Notes under the pieces: model-generated | Databases searched by the model: none | What the model saw: the letters and a program-made list of their open reading frames with translations, nothing else | What the model was told of the DNA's origin: nothing | NCBI RefSeq assembly: GCF_009914755.1 | Contig: NC_060930.1 | Length of the DNA stretch: 64,000 bases | From: the human T2T-CHM13v2.0 reference genome, Homo sapiens | Direction: 5' to 3' (one strand) | Translations under genes and position numbers: made by a program | Shown here: one piece after another, positions 1 to 13,805 of the stretch | Numbering within the stretch: the stretch's first letter is position 1 | How the letters are laid out: the number at the start of each line of letters is the position of its first letter

Positions 1-307
1 TGCCTAAGATTTTTAAGTTAAAAAAAAAGTCTATGGAGAGAGTTTAACCTTCTTTCAGCTTCACTTACCTGAAACAAGGTAATAGTCATGGCAGTACCTC
101 CTTCTAAGATGTTTGTGGAGCTAAAATAAGCTATGTAAAATAATGTATGTAAAAATGACTTAAACTTATTGTTGCTGAAATACATTGTTTAAATTCACTG
201 TCTAACAAGATAGTTTTTTCAGACGTATGAGAAGATGGAAGTAAAATATGGTCATTGTGGGAAAATCAGAAAATAAGGAAAAGTTTAAAAATCATTTATA
301 ACACACC

Positions 308-879
308 TGTTGGGGTGATCAGACCCAACACCAGGTCGTGGGGGTGACGAAGTCCAGCGGAGTCAAAGGAATTAGAAAAGACAGTTTGAGAGGGAAAGTG
401 GGTCCAGGGGGCCATCGCTAGTGTGTAGAGGCTGCGAAGGCCCCGAGCTCTGGGAGCCCAGACTATTTATTGGTGATCAAACAGGTGTTGAGAATGTGGG
501 GGTCAAAAGGGCACCGTTGCATTAAGCACATGATTTACAGCTGTGACGGTTTAGCATATGCTCTGCTACTTGAGATAATGGAGAGCAGGTTCTTTTAACT
601 CAAGATACAATCGATCCTGGGAGAGCAAGGAGCAAGGAGCAAGGAGCCAGCAAGTCTAGACACATTCCAGAGCCACGAGCCCTGGATTCTATCCAAGCCA
701 CAAGGGGTTTTTATGCCCTGGGCTGAGATTATGGTGCGTCAGGGTAGCCTTCCACCCTTTAGCACAGAGCTTGGCGTTCCAAAGGCCACAAGGAGTTTTA
801 GACCCTGGATCCCGGACATGTTCCAAGAATCTTTTACATTATGTCAGACGTACAAGCCTTGCCTCGGCGTCTCCCAATA
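308..879 (-). mobile_element. ERVK-class solo LTR, LTR14B-like (HERV-K14/HML-1)
   Basis: Starts tgttggggtgatc and ends ctcccaata; exact 6-bp TSD CACACC at 302-307 and 880-885; resembles remembered LTR14B consensus. Confidence 0.8.
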
Positions 880-1214
880 CACACCACCAGGAACGTCTTA
901 GTTTATTTCTCTTTAGTGTGATTTTATTTTCTTTCCTCAAAACCAGAACTAATTGATACAGTTGTTTTCTAGGACATTTTTGCATTGTAGAAGTATGACA
1001 GCAAGAACACATGCTTAAAAAGCAAAGAATGAAGTGGCTCCTCTGAGTGTTCCACCAGGTGCTCCTTGGGCAGGCGTCTCTCCCCTCTTTGTGTCCTCCC
1101 TGAATGCACCTGTTTGGTGCTTCCTGAATACTCATTGGCTGAGTGATTGACGGCCACAGGTGACAGCTTGGTTAACAGGTGCTCTGAACAAGAGAGAGAA
1201 GACAGAGCCTCTTG

Positions 1215-1300
1215 GACCCTGACCTAACCTTGAACTTGCTTTGTGACCTTAGGAAAGCTTATTCACCTCATTAGCCTACCTTTCCTCATCTGTGAGCCAG
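1215..1300 (+). mobile_element. MIR fragment
   Basis: gctttgtgaccttaggaaag...tttcctcatctgt MIR core; approximate limits. Confidence 0.55.
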
Positions 1301-2214
1301 AGCACTAAACATTTATGTTTAGAGCTAAACAGATGTCTGTTTTAGCTCTAAATTAACTATTAATACTAATAACTACTAGATACACCAAGGGTATTTAGTT
1401 GAGAGTGAGTGAAAAGAAGTGATGAGGAAAAATGTGAATTTCACAAGTTTTCAAAGTGATTTGCAACCTCAATGAATAGTGCATGTGATTGAACATACTT
1501 TCCAGTAGAATTTTTACTCAGGAGTTTGCAGCTATGATGAGTGGAAAAGAATAGAAGTTAGAGTCATAGGGGGTACTATTCCACAGGATTTTGAGGCAGA
1601 TGAATGCCTGAATATGGTCAAAAGATGAAAGTATTAACTGTTGGGTTTCCTCCAGACCGTAATTATAATGTAGCTCTTCAGCATTGTTTTATCTTGCTTT
1701 AATGGAAGAATCTTGCTGCCACTTAATAGATGAGAAGCATGGAATGGTAGTTTCGCATTCATATCAGATTTGGTGTGGAGTTCTCTTTTTCCTAATTCAG
1801 GCCTGGCTAATAATATAAACTCTATCCAATAAGAAGATATATTATTTTCTGACAAAAAAGTTTGGAAAATACAGGAAGGAATGTGTAACTGTGTTTCCTG
1901 GTACATGTCCTAAGGAAGCTGGGACTAGAAGGTCACCCCCCAGCACATGCAGGTTCAGAACTGGTTAGAGGCACGGCGGTCCCCAGATTCCAGGGCTTTG
2001 ACCACAGATCTGTTTTCTGAGTTCCTGTATTATCTCTAGGCCATTTCATTCACAGATTCTTGCCAACCAACTGAGATTAACTGAATTGTGTTTGAATGAG
2101 AACTGGATTTGTGAACATTCAAATGACAGAAATAAATTTGGCTATCTGAAAGTAAAATCTAAAGTTTTCTTCACATGTAGTTAGTGTTTCAGAGGGCTTA
2201 AGAGAAACTCAGTA

Positions 2215-3032
2215 ATAGTAAAGACTACCCAACTAAAAATGGGCGAAGAATCTGAATAGACATTTCTCAAAAAACACACAAATGGCCACCAAGCACATGA
2301 GAAGATGCTCCGCATCATTAACCATCAGGGAAACACAAATCAAACTGCTGCACACTCACCAGGGTGGCTGTCATTTTTTAGAAGACAGGCAATAGCAAGT
2401 ATTAGAATTTGGAGAAACTGGGAACCTCAGCCATTGCTAGTGGGGATGTAAGTTGGTGCATCATTTTGGAAACCAGTCCTGTAGTTCCTCAAAAAGTTGA
2501 ACATAGAATTATCATTTGACCCAGCAACTCCACTCCTAGGTATAGACCCAAGAAAAATGAAACATGTTTATACAAAAAAAAAAACTTGCACACAAAAGTT
2601 CATAGCAGTATTCATAATAGCTAAAAGTTGATGAACAGATCAACAAAATGTGGTCTCTCAATACAATGGAATGTTACTGGGCTATATTTAAAAGGTAAAC
2701 ACTGATACATGGTACAACATGGATAAACCATGAAAACATGCTAAGAGAAGGAAGCCGGTCACAAAAGAGAACATATCGTATGATTCCTTTTATATGAAAT
2801 GTCCAGAGTAGGCAAATCTGTAACAACAGAGAATTGGTTGCTTAGGGCTGGAGGGAAATATTGTGGGGTTGGTTGGTGGTAGCTAAAAAGTACAGGGCTT
2901 TGAGGGTTGAGGTAGATGTTCTAAAACATATTGTAAAGGTTGTACAACTCTGTGAATATACTAATAACCATTGCATTGTACACTGACAATGGGTGAATTA
3001 CATATGTGAATTTTGTCCCAATAAAGCTGTTA
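2215..3032 (+). mobile_element. Old L1 (L1MB/MC-type) 3' end
   Basis: aaaatgggcgaagaatctgaatagacatttctc, gacccagcaactccactcctaggtat, ends caataaagctgtt. Confidence 0.8.
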
Positions 3033-4887
3033 TCCACCCCCTTATCATTTGAATCAGTTTTAACATCTTACTCTTGAGAGAGAGAGAGGGAACAGATAAC
3101 GGTTAATCATCTTTCAAGAATAGTTTAATAGAACAAAAGCTACAAAGTTCTCAGTCTGGTGTGGAACATTTGTGTGACGGAGCGCAGTGTACCGTATGGG
3201 CCGGGACTGTGCAGAAGGTGCTGCACGCAGAGCAAGCGGGAGTGCTTGGAACTTCAGGGAAGGCTTTACTCACCAGGCGGCAAGGGGCAGAAGGGTGTTC
3301 CTGGCCAAGGGTGGCACGAAGCATGTGGTGATGTTGCTTTTTAAGTTACAGAGTTGGGTAAGGGGTGCAAGTGGTGGGAGACAGGTCTGGAAAGGGAGAT
3401 TACCTTTCAAAACATTTATCTTTTATTAAAGAGGAAACTGTATATGTAAATACTGTGCTGAAGCAGTCTTTATCTTCTGGAGTTTTGAGTTTGTGAATTA
3501 ATAACACAGAGCTCTCATTTGCTGAATGTTTGCGGTGTGCCTGGCCCCGGTCTGAGGTCCTTTCTTAAGATACTCCTCACAACTCCGTGAGGGGTGTGCT
3601 ACCATGGCTTGCGTCAAGCAGACGAGGAAAGGGGCAGCAAGAGGGTCCTGGTGGCCACAGCTGTGCAGCTGGTGAGTGAATGACGAGGCCCGGAGTCAGA
3701 GCCAGGCAGCCAGACTCCAGAGCCCGCCTTCCTCACCACTGACCTCCCGGTGACATCTCTGGGGGCAGCAGTCTGCAGAACCATTGTTCTAGTTGAATTT
3801 CTTCCAGCCTCCTTTTCAGGGTGCTTTTGGTTCGTTAAAATGACCACATGTGTCTACAATTAAATTGGCAATCACTTTGTTTTTCTTGCACAATTGTAGT
3901 TGTTGCTGGTTCACTTAATAAATTGCAGAATAAGAAGAACAGAGTGGTGATAATCACAGGGATTTCTTCCTTGAGCTGTGTGTATTTAGTGTTCATTCAA
4001 ATTACATTTGTTTTAGGTTGAGAGAAATCCTTCTGAATAGTGATGACATTGGTTGTTCCCTGAGATGGCTTCTTGTGTAAATCTATCAACACCCTTTGGA
4101 GGGCTCCTGACTCAGAAGATGAACGTCCTTGGGATGGGCAAAGTGATGCTTGTTTTGCCTTCCCTAAAAGTAGTTCTAGGTGTAAGAAGTGATGTGACTG
4201 ACTTAGGGCCTTAGATTATGGCCCAAATGTAGGCTTTCTGCAGTTCTGCCCTATGTTTTTTTGTGTAGATTTTCCTGCCTTTAATAACTTCACTGATAAT
4301 AGTAACACTCTAAAATGAGAGAACATGTCTTATATTGGAGAGGGTAATAGGTTGGTATCTTTTTGAACCATCAAAGGCCTAGGTCAAAACTAACCCTTTC
4401 CTCTGACTTCTTAGTCAAAGAACATACACTTTAGCTAATACCCCAAGACAGAAGTTCTTTGGTGCTGAGAGTCAACGAGAGTCACATTCTCCTTGAAAAG
4501 GGAAGGGAAGCTCTATACCTGGATAACTGCGCAGATCCATGGCCCCATAGCACAAAATTCGGGCAACTGAGAACCCAGCTGGCCCCCAGCTGGTAATTCC
4601 TCAACATTCTGGTGTGTCCTAACATTGCCAAATAGGCTGGAAGGATTTAGAGAACAGGAAGTAAGCTACTGGGAGATAAGGCTGCAGCTGTGAATTATAG
4701 ACAGGGGAGGAAATGAGAATAACAGCATTAGCAGTTTGGCTTTATTTTTAAACCAAAAATCACTGGAAAGATTTCTGTCTCTAATTTAAGGGTGTTACTC
4801 ACCTTTTCGTTTATACTAGTTGGAACTCTTAGCAAAGTATGTAAATGGGACTATGTTTCCATGTACTGCTGCATCTCAACTGATTAA

Positions 4888-5185
<298 letters not shown>

Positions 5186-6076
5186 ACTGATTAAGAATTT
5201 CTAAAAGATGAAATTGAGTCTGTGAACATTTCGTTTATCCAACAATGGCAACTGTGTTGTCATAAGACCAAAAAATCTTCAATTTCACATTAGAAATCAT
5301 TTAAAAATATGTTTTGCCTCCACTCTTTTGTGTTTGTGTCATGCTGTGACTGTGCAGCCTTTTTCATGGAGAGGTTTGTTTTTGATGGATATTAAAGGCA
5401 AAAATGTAAATGTGGCTAGCCTCTCTCCTCTGGAGTATGACATCTTGTCATCAAGTATTATTTTACAGAGAGAGTCATAGTGGATGAGTATTCATTGGTA
5501 TTACATTTAAATAAGGAAATAATTTAAAAACTGATCAGTCATGAACATCGTGTTCTTAATTTGTCATGTTCTATTCCACAGTGGCCATTCTGAAGTACAT
5601 GAGTGACTATGGGCTTAAATAACTAATGTGTTAGGGACCAAATTGTAGCCACATGCACATTTGTGGATTCTAGTGCTTGGGTCAAATCATTGGCAGATCT
5701 GAAAGATGTCTGTGAAGTGGGCTTTTATTTACCATTTGGAAATCCTAAATTTTATGACATGTTCAATGTCATTTAAGGACTTTTGTTGATGTTGGTCTAA
5801 CTTAAAAAAAAATCAGTAATTCTAATACAGGATTTTTTAAACTAAGCTAAAAAAATGAATCTGGGTTTGTTGCCCTGCTCCCCACATGAGTTGAGCCCCC
5901 TCCTTTGTCTGTGTACAAAGGACTGTATTAATGTCTGTTTAGGAAACTGAACTCCAGGGAGACAAGATGTCCTAATCGCGGTCCTTGGCACCTAACAATG
6001 TCTGGTTTATCATAGGCAGGCAGGCAGTATATGCTGTTGTTCAAATGCCTTTGGGAATTGAAAGTAAACTACTTGA

Positions 6077-6174
6077 GGGAGCTGCGGTGGCTCCAGCCGG
6101 TTGTCCTGGCGTACAAGGAGGCGAGGCTATGCGGTCGAGGCCAACTTAGGTAAAAGTGAAAAAAAAAAAAAAAA
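6077..6174 (+). mobile_element. Short poly(A)-tailed retrocopy of the 7SL/Alu-monomer lineage, snaR/ASR/CAS-like (82-nt body)
   Basis: 16-bp TSD aaagtaaactacttga at 6061-6076 and 6175-6190; A-box-like TGGCTCCAGCC; B-box-like GGTCGAGGC; pure A tail. Confidence 0.7.
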
Positions 6175-8084
6175 AAAGTAAACTACTTGAAATAGTTTCC
6201 AATACCTTCTATATAGTTCAAAGATATAAGTTAACAAGGATTACAACTTCTAATGATATATTATTGTTTGCACAATATATTCATAATTGCTGTGTGTCAG
6301 TATTCAAAGGTGAACATGCCTCTGTCCTTTTCCTCAAGCAGCACAGACCTGTGGGGGGTGGGTGGTGTTCACAAGCTGATAGTTCTGTAAGCACTGCATC
6401 CACAGAGCTATGACTAGAGCAAGGAAGAGGGTCTCAACAGAGAGGATTCCGCTAGATGGGGCCACCTGGGAGTTCTCAGTGTCCACATCCATGCAAGGTG
6501 AGCCATCAACTGGATTCAGTTTTTCTAGTGATCACCAGGTCTCAAAAGATTGCAACCTCACAGCTGCCTCTGATTTTTGCAGTTTTAAAAAAGAGCTATG
6601 ATATTCTTCACACTTTAAGTGGGTAATAATTTCTCTTGAAAAATTTGATTTTATTATACATTTTACAACAAGTGCAGATAACACCAAGTGTGGCCAACCA
6701 AGGCTGCTCAAGGCACACTAAATCAGGTGATTCCTGGGGGTTCCTCCTAGCCCTCTGGTGCCCTAGACACAAGTTTAAAGACCTAAAATCAGGTGTGTCC
6801 ATGGCATCGCTTTGAGAAGTCCCGGGGTTTATGTGTTGGTCTGAAAGCAGAAACTGTACTTTGGACAGAGGGTGTGAGGAGGGTCCTGGGCACTGTGGAA
6901 GTCTTTAACTATCAGTCCTTTTTATTTTCAGATATAAATTAGAATTTGGAAACCATTAACACCAGTGCCACATGTTCACAACTATTATAATTAGCTATTA
7001 GGCACAAAATGCTGGGAGTAGACAAGGGTTCAAATCTTCTTTTATTCATAGCAAGAGTACTCTTGCCTGGTTAGTAATAGCTCTTATTTTATTGATATAT
7101 GTCAGTATCTAGCTGCATGTCTGGAGGTTCTGACTTCCCAGCTGGAACTTACCTGAGAACAACAGGTGTGTTTCATAGCCACCAACTCAGTATTAGTCAC
7201 ATAGCATGAATGTAAAAAATGTGTGCTGAATGTGTCAGACTGAATTAATTCATGATTACCAGGATGGGCCAATCAGGAACAGCCTCAGGGAACATTCTCC
7301 AGGGTGAGCCCTGCCGTGTTGGTTTGGTGGCTCATGGTGTCCGGGGACCATTCCATAACCCTCAGTCCCTCGCTACTTTTACTGGGCCCTGTGAGGCTTC
7401 CCTCAGACTCCTCCGGCACTCACCTATTCTCAAAAGCCACCTAGCCGAGTTGCTACCTTTTTAGATAAGTGATCAGAATTTTTCAAATTAAAAAACAAAG
7501 TTCTTATACTCAGAAAATTTGAAGCTTATAATTTCTTGTTATTTCCTCTGTGATAAATCGTAAATTCAAGTATGTATTTTTTTTTCCAAATTAACCACAT
7601 TTAGATGATTTAGATGCTAAACTATTCAGAAATAAGTTAGATACGGAAAATTTTGCTTCTGGAGGAAAATGAACCTAAATAGTACTCACCCTTTCCTCTT
7701 TCCATACTAAATAAATAATACCCTGATTCAAATCCATAGTAAATGTTGTTAAAATAGTTTCCCCACAGCACAGGACTAGCAGATGAAGGACCATCTGAGA
7801 GGCAGGTGCTGGGTGCGGATGGGCCCCAGGTCGCCTCTTTGTTTTTGTAGTAGTGGGCATGTTCGCACTGTCTCTCATTGTTAGGAAGCCGTGTCAGTGG
7901 GGCTGGTTCCCTGTGGACTCTCGTGTGAGCTCTGTCTGTTCCCTGCCCTGATCCCTGCATTCGCCCCCAGTCTTCTCCCTTTATTGACTGCATTCTAATT
8001 AGTTCAAGTCTGATCACATCACAGAAATAATCCTGGCCCACAGATTTATTTCCTGTGGTAAATGTCTTCTTGGTGGTTTTCTAG

Positions 8085-8213
8085 GTTGTGCTGGTGAGGT
8101 GGAATGAGCCCTACCAGAAACTGGCCACGTGCGATGCGGACGGAGGCATATTCGTGTGGATTCAGTACGAGGGCAGGTGGTCTGTGGAGCTGGTCAACGA
8201 CCGCGGGGCGCAG
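8085..8213 (+). CDS. TULP4: TULP4 internal coding exon (probably coding exon 2), 129 nt, VVLVRWNEPYQKLATCDADGGIFVWIQYEGRWSVELVNDRGAQ, WD40 region
   Basis: Acceptor ggttttctag|GTT and donor CAG|gtgagt; 43 codons, phase 0/0; GC/CpG-rich relative to flanks; peptide recognised as TULP4 and joins in frame to the next exon. Confidence 0.95.
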
Positions 8214-9344
8214 GTGAGTGGCAGGCGCAGCTCTGCCAGTGAAGGGCTGCGGGGTAGAGGACTCCCAGACAGGCATTCCGGAGCCAGTGCGTTAGCACCA
8301 CACAGCGCCACGTGCTCCAGAGCTGGGGGAAGAGAAATCAATCAAATTAGAATCCTACTTTTCATTTCTCTCACATATGTCACTGGATAAAAAGAGTACA
8401 GGATCATGCCCCCTTTTCAACCATGCTGCTGTTGTGAGAACTCTCCAACTTTCAAACTTTAATCAGATCTGTGAAGTCATTTTTTACCCTTCAGTGTTGT
8501 GATTCCATGTTAAATTTGGGGCCTCTGGCATATCACTGTTTTGCCCCCTTCGAAAGGTATCTTCCCTGTGTTGTCATCTCAGCGGTCTCATGGAGAGCTT
8601 CACGTGACTTCTCACAACCTGCTCAACAAGGAAAGGGTGCTACAATCTCTTCCACAGGCTTCAATCAGCACGGCCTCCTGTTGTCATCCTCCAGCTCTTC
8701 CTTTCTGACACAGTTTGTCTCTGCTCTCAGGAAACAGTTGCACCCAGGACAGCCTGCTGAGCTGCGCTGTTTCTAGAACTGCTCCATAGATTGTTCTGGT
8801 TTACAGGACGGCTTCATGGTGCACCTTTTGTATGGGTTTAAGGACACACATTGGAGCAGGCAGCTCCCATCCTGGGGATTGTACAAAACTGGGACTTAAG
8901 AACCTGAATCCTCAGGGGATGTCAATTAATAATTAATGAGGGGTTTCTTGGACTATTTTAACTCTCAGAATGATTTCCCTGTGGCTGCCTTTCTATACAC
9001 TTCTAAGGTACTTGGATTCTCATCCTTCCCTCGCCCACCTGTTGCTTAAATAAGCTGTGAGCTTCCTAAGCTACAGATCAGTCAAGTGACATAAAATTAC
9101 AATGAATGAAGACATTATTGTCAGCGGCTATTAGCAGGCCGAGGATTTCTGTAAGATATCATCACAGAAGACCCTGTGTGAAAACAGCATTTTTTTCTGA
9201 GTTGATTTGGTAGAGTAAATGTAATAATATTGACTGACTGATAAGGCCTTACCAGTTTCCTTCAGGCTCCTTCAGAGCCTGCCCCTTGACCATTAACTGG
9301 CCTTCTTGAAGGAGAGCCACAGATGTAGACATCTTCATGTGAGT

Positions 9345-9520
9345 GGACATGTGATTAAGAGCATGAGCTCTGGAATCAGACAATGTAGGCCGGAAATCCC
9401 ACCCCATGACTTCTGTGTGGGAGATACTTGCCTGTGCCTCAGGATCACAGAGGATTACATAAGACTGTATATGAAAAGTGCCCATGGCACCGCTTGCATC
9501 TTATCACAGTGCCTGTAGCA
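9345..9520 (+). mobile_element. MIR fragment
   Basis: gtgattaagagcatgagctctggaatcagac...; approximate. Confidence 0.55.
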
Positions 9521-10369
9521 TGTGGAGGTTCTACCACCTTGTCTGGCATGGAACTGCCCTGCCCTGAAGCAGTAGCCATAGGTCATCACCAAAGATGAGT
9601 TTCAGGCCTTGAGGTAGCAGCTTTTCTTGGTTTCTGTGAAATGACCGCCTCTCCGAGTTGGCCTGTAAAGGTTCTAAAATGCTGTCATTCTTCCATTAAC
9701 TAAAGCATGGGATTCTCTTCCCTAGAAAGGCCCAGTGATGAGGTGAGACATATCTTCAGATTTAGGGTGGCCAGAGGACTTGAAATCACTGCTCAGAAAA
9801 GGAAATGGAAGGGGAGCAAGGATAAATGCCAAATGAGTGCTTGATTTTTTCATGCGTTATATCTTTCAGTCTCCAGGAACCCTGTTCCAAAAATATCATT
9901 ATTCTCAGTTAATAGAAGAGAAGAATCCAGGTCAGGAGTTGAGTAACTTGTCCAAGGAAGTTCATGGGTGGTAAGCCAGAACTCAAACCCTAGTTTGTTT
10001 GAGTCTGTAATGCTCCACCACACTGTCATGTTCCCAAACAAGAAATGATTTTCTCTTTTGGCAGAGATGCGTGTATTCATAGTGTAGTTACATGCTGCAT
10101 AATGACGTTTCAGTTATCACAGACTGCATATACGACGGTGATCTCATAAGGTTGTAATGGAGCTGAAAAATTTCTATCACCTAGTGACACTGCAGCATGA
10201 CACATGACTCGTGTTTGTGGTGTTACTGGTGTGAACAAACCTACTGTGATGCCAGCTGTATAAAAGTATAGCACATGCCATTAGTACAGTCCATAATGCT
10301 TGATAATAACAAATGACTATGTTACTGGTATTTACTGTACTTTTTATTATTTTAGATAGAGTGTGCTTC

Positions 10370-10679
10370 TTTTTTTTTTTTTTTTTTGAGACGGAGTCTC
10401 GCTCTGTCGCCCAGGCTGGAGTGCAGGGGCACGATCTCAACTCACTGCAAGCTCCGCCTCCCGGGTTCACGCCATTCTCCTGCTTCAGCCTCCTGAGTAG
10501 CTGGGACTACAGACACCCACCACCACGCCCGGCTAATTTTTTTTTGTATTTTTTTTTTTTTAGTAGAGATGGGGTTTCACCACGTTAGCCAGGATGGTCT
10601 CGATCTCCTGACCTCATGATCCACCCGCGTCAGCCTCCCAAAGTGCTGGGATTACAGGCATGAGCCACTGCGCCCGGCC
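10370..10679 (-). mobile_element. AluY-like inside Tigger3b
   Basis: Full dimer; gcttct repeated on both sides. Confidence 0.9.
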
Positions 10680-10802
10680 GCTTCTACTTATTAAAAAAAA
10701 AAAAAAAAGTTAGCAGTCTCAGGCAGGTCCTTCAGGAGGTATTCCTGAAGAAGGCATTGTTATCATAGGAGATGACAGCTCCGTGGATATGTTACTGCCC
10801 CT

Positions 10803-11355
10803 TGTGTTAGGGTTCTCTAGAGGGGTGGAACTAATGCGGTAGATGTATATATGAAAGGGAGTTTTTGAAGGAGAACTGACTCACACGATCACGAGGTAAA
10901 ATCCCATGATAGGCCGTCTGCAAGTTGAGGGGCAAGGAAGCCAGTGGTGGATCCGTCTGAGTCCCAAAACCACAAAAGTTGGGAAGTTGACAGTGCAGCC
11001 TTGAGTCTGTGGCCGAAGGCCCAAGAGCCCCTGGCAAACCACTGGTGTAAGTCCAAGAGTCTAAAAGCTGAGGAACTTGGAGTCTGATGTTGAGGGCAGG
11101 AGGCATCCAGCACGGGAGAGAGATGAAGGCTGGAAGACTCTGCAAGTCATTCTTCCATCTTCTCCTTCCTGCTTTATTCTAGCTGCGCTGGCAGCTGATT
11201 AGATGGTGCCCACCCAGATTGAGGGGGGGTCTGCCTCTCCCAGTCCACTGACTCAAATGTTAATCTCCTTTGGCAACACCCTCACAGACACACCAGGAAC
11301 AATACTCTGCATTCTTCAGTCCAGTCAAGTTTGACACTCAGTATTAACGATCACA
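10803..11355 (-). mobile_element. ERVL solo LTR, MLT2A2-like, inside Tigger3b
   Basis: TG...CA ends (tgtgttagggttctctagag...ttaacgatcaca); 5-bp TSD CCCCT at 10798-10802 and 11356-11360. Confidence 0.85.
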
Positions 11356-13084
11356 CCCCTGAAGACCTTCCAGTGGGACAAGGTGTGGAGGCAGAAGACA
11401 GTGATATGAATGATCCTGACCGGGTGTAGGCCTAGGCTAATATGTGTCTTAGTTTTTAACAAAAACATTTAAAAAGAAAAAAAAAATTAATAGAAAAAGC
11501 TTACAGCATAAGGATATAAAGAAAAACATAATTTGGTACAGCTATATGTTTGTGTTTTAAGTGTTATTACAAAAGGATCAAAAAAAGTATCAAACTTCTT
11601 GAAAAACTGAAAAGTTTAAAAAGTAAAACAGTTACAATAAGCTAAGGTTAATTCATTATTGAGGAAAGAACCATTTTTTTAATGAAATGAGTGCAGCCTA
11701 AGCATCCAGTGTTGATAAAGTCTACAGTAGCTACAAGGTAATGTCCTAGGCCTTCAGTCACTCTCCACTCACTCTCTGGCTCACCCAGAGCAACTTCTAG
11801 TCCTGCAAGCTCCATTCATGGTAAGTGCCCTTTTATAGATGAACCACTTTTTATCTTTTATACTGTATTCTTACTGTATGTTGTCTATGTTTAGATAGCT
11901 TTAGATACATGAATACTTGCCATTGTATTACAGTTGCCTACAGTGTTCAACACAATCACATGTGTACAGGTCTGTAGCCTAGGAGTAGTAGGCTGTCCCA
12001 TACAGCCTAGGTGTGGAGCAGGCTCTACTGTCCAAGTTTGAGTAAGTGCACCCTGTGATGATCACACAACAAGGGAATTGCCTAATGACATACTTGTTAG
12101 AATGTATCCCCATTGTTAATCGACATGACTGTATACCCCAAGGAGCTCAGGCTTCATTACCATTAAAAGGCCCACCCTACCAGCCAAGCAGTGCCACCAG
12201 CACATGGATTCTCCTAGCAGTAGCCTCTGTGAGCAGGGGCCCTCTATCATCTCCATAGCAGCTGTGCAGTCACCACCATCCAACACTTCCCTTGTGTTTC
12301 TTTCCATTGAGGGTTTGGAGCAGATATTAGAAACAAGAAAGGGAGAATGAGTTCAGCCCTGGAGGCAAATGAGCTTCCCTGGGCCACAGAACATCTGGAA
12401 GCACCCAGAATCTCATAAATGCCTGCCTACCAGGTTTGACTAAAGTAATTACTGTATGTTGTGATCTCATTTTAGAGTTTTGTTTACTTTTGCCATTTGG
12501 AACTCAGATTTTTCAAATCTTAGAACCCACTGAGCAACTGTCATCATTAAACAGTGGCATTCTGGGGGAGGCTTGGTTGCCTTTAATCGTGTTGGAGTCA
12601 GATCTTACCCGACTAAAAAGGACACCACACACTGGTGACGATGGATCACTGGTCAAGGAACTGGTGGCTTTCTGCACCTGGAAAAGTTCTGTGGCTTAGA
12701 AGAGGAGTGTCCTTGAAACCAGCTCAGAGAAAAAGACTACTTTTTAGAAGAAATGACAGATTATTTTCATTATATAGCATGCTTTTCATTGTCACAAAGT
12801 AATCAAACATTTGGCAAAAGCTAAGAGATGCTTTAACAATTTCTTTTTCAGGAAATGATTAAGAGTCCTTTATTTCAAAAATGAGTTTGGAACAGTACAT
12901 GCATTATTTTACAGTATTAGTCACCAGGGGCGGCTGTACCAGGCACACACACTCTGAGACAGTCTGATGAAAAGCTGCCTGGGTCAATGGCATGGTCAGC
13001 CTGCTGCTCAGCTTCAATTAATCCATGCCTGAGAACTCTTTAGTAAAGCAAGAGCATTGCAACCTTCTGCAGTTGAAAAACTAA

Positions 13085-13488
<404 letters not shown>

Positions 13489-13532
13489 TGATATAGTCTT
13501 ATCACGTTATGTTGACCTAATAAACCCAAATT

Positions 13533-13805
13533 GAGCCAAGTGGCTAGTTGGGAGACTGAGTCAAGAGGATCTCTTGTGACCAGAGTTCAAGATCAGCCTG
13601 GACAATATAGCAAGACCTCATCTCAACAAAAATAGTTTTAAAATTAGCTTGGTGTGGTTTCACAACCCTGTAGTCCCAGCTACTCGGAAGGCGGCAATGG
13701 GAGGATTGCTTGAGCAATCCATTTGAGGCTGCAGTGAACTATGACTGTGCCACTGCACTCCAGCCTGGGCAACAAAGCAAGACCAAGTCTCTAGACAAAT
13801 AAACA
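13533..13805 (+). mobile_element. Diverged AluJ
   Basis: gaggattgcttgagc...gcagtgaactatgactgtgccactgcactccagcctgggcaac. Confidence 0.8.

Larger units (their letters stand above)
10085..12131 (+). mobile_element. Tigger3b-like (Golem, TcMar) DNA transposon interrupted by an Alu and an MLT2A LTR
   Basis: 5' catgctgcataatgacgtttcag...ggagctgaaaaatttctatcacctagtgac; 3' ...ttaatcgacatgactg followed by TA. Confidence 0.8.
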
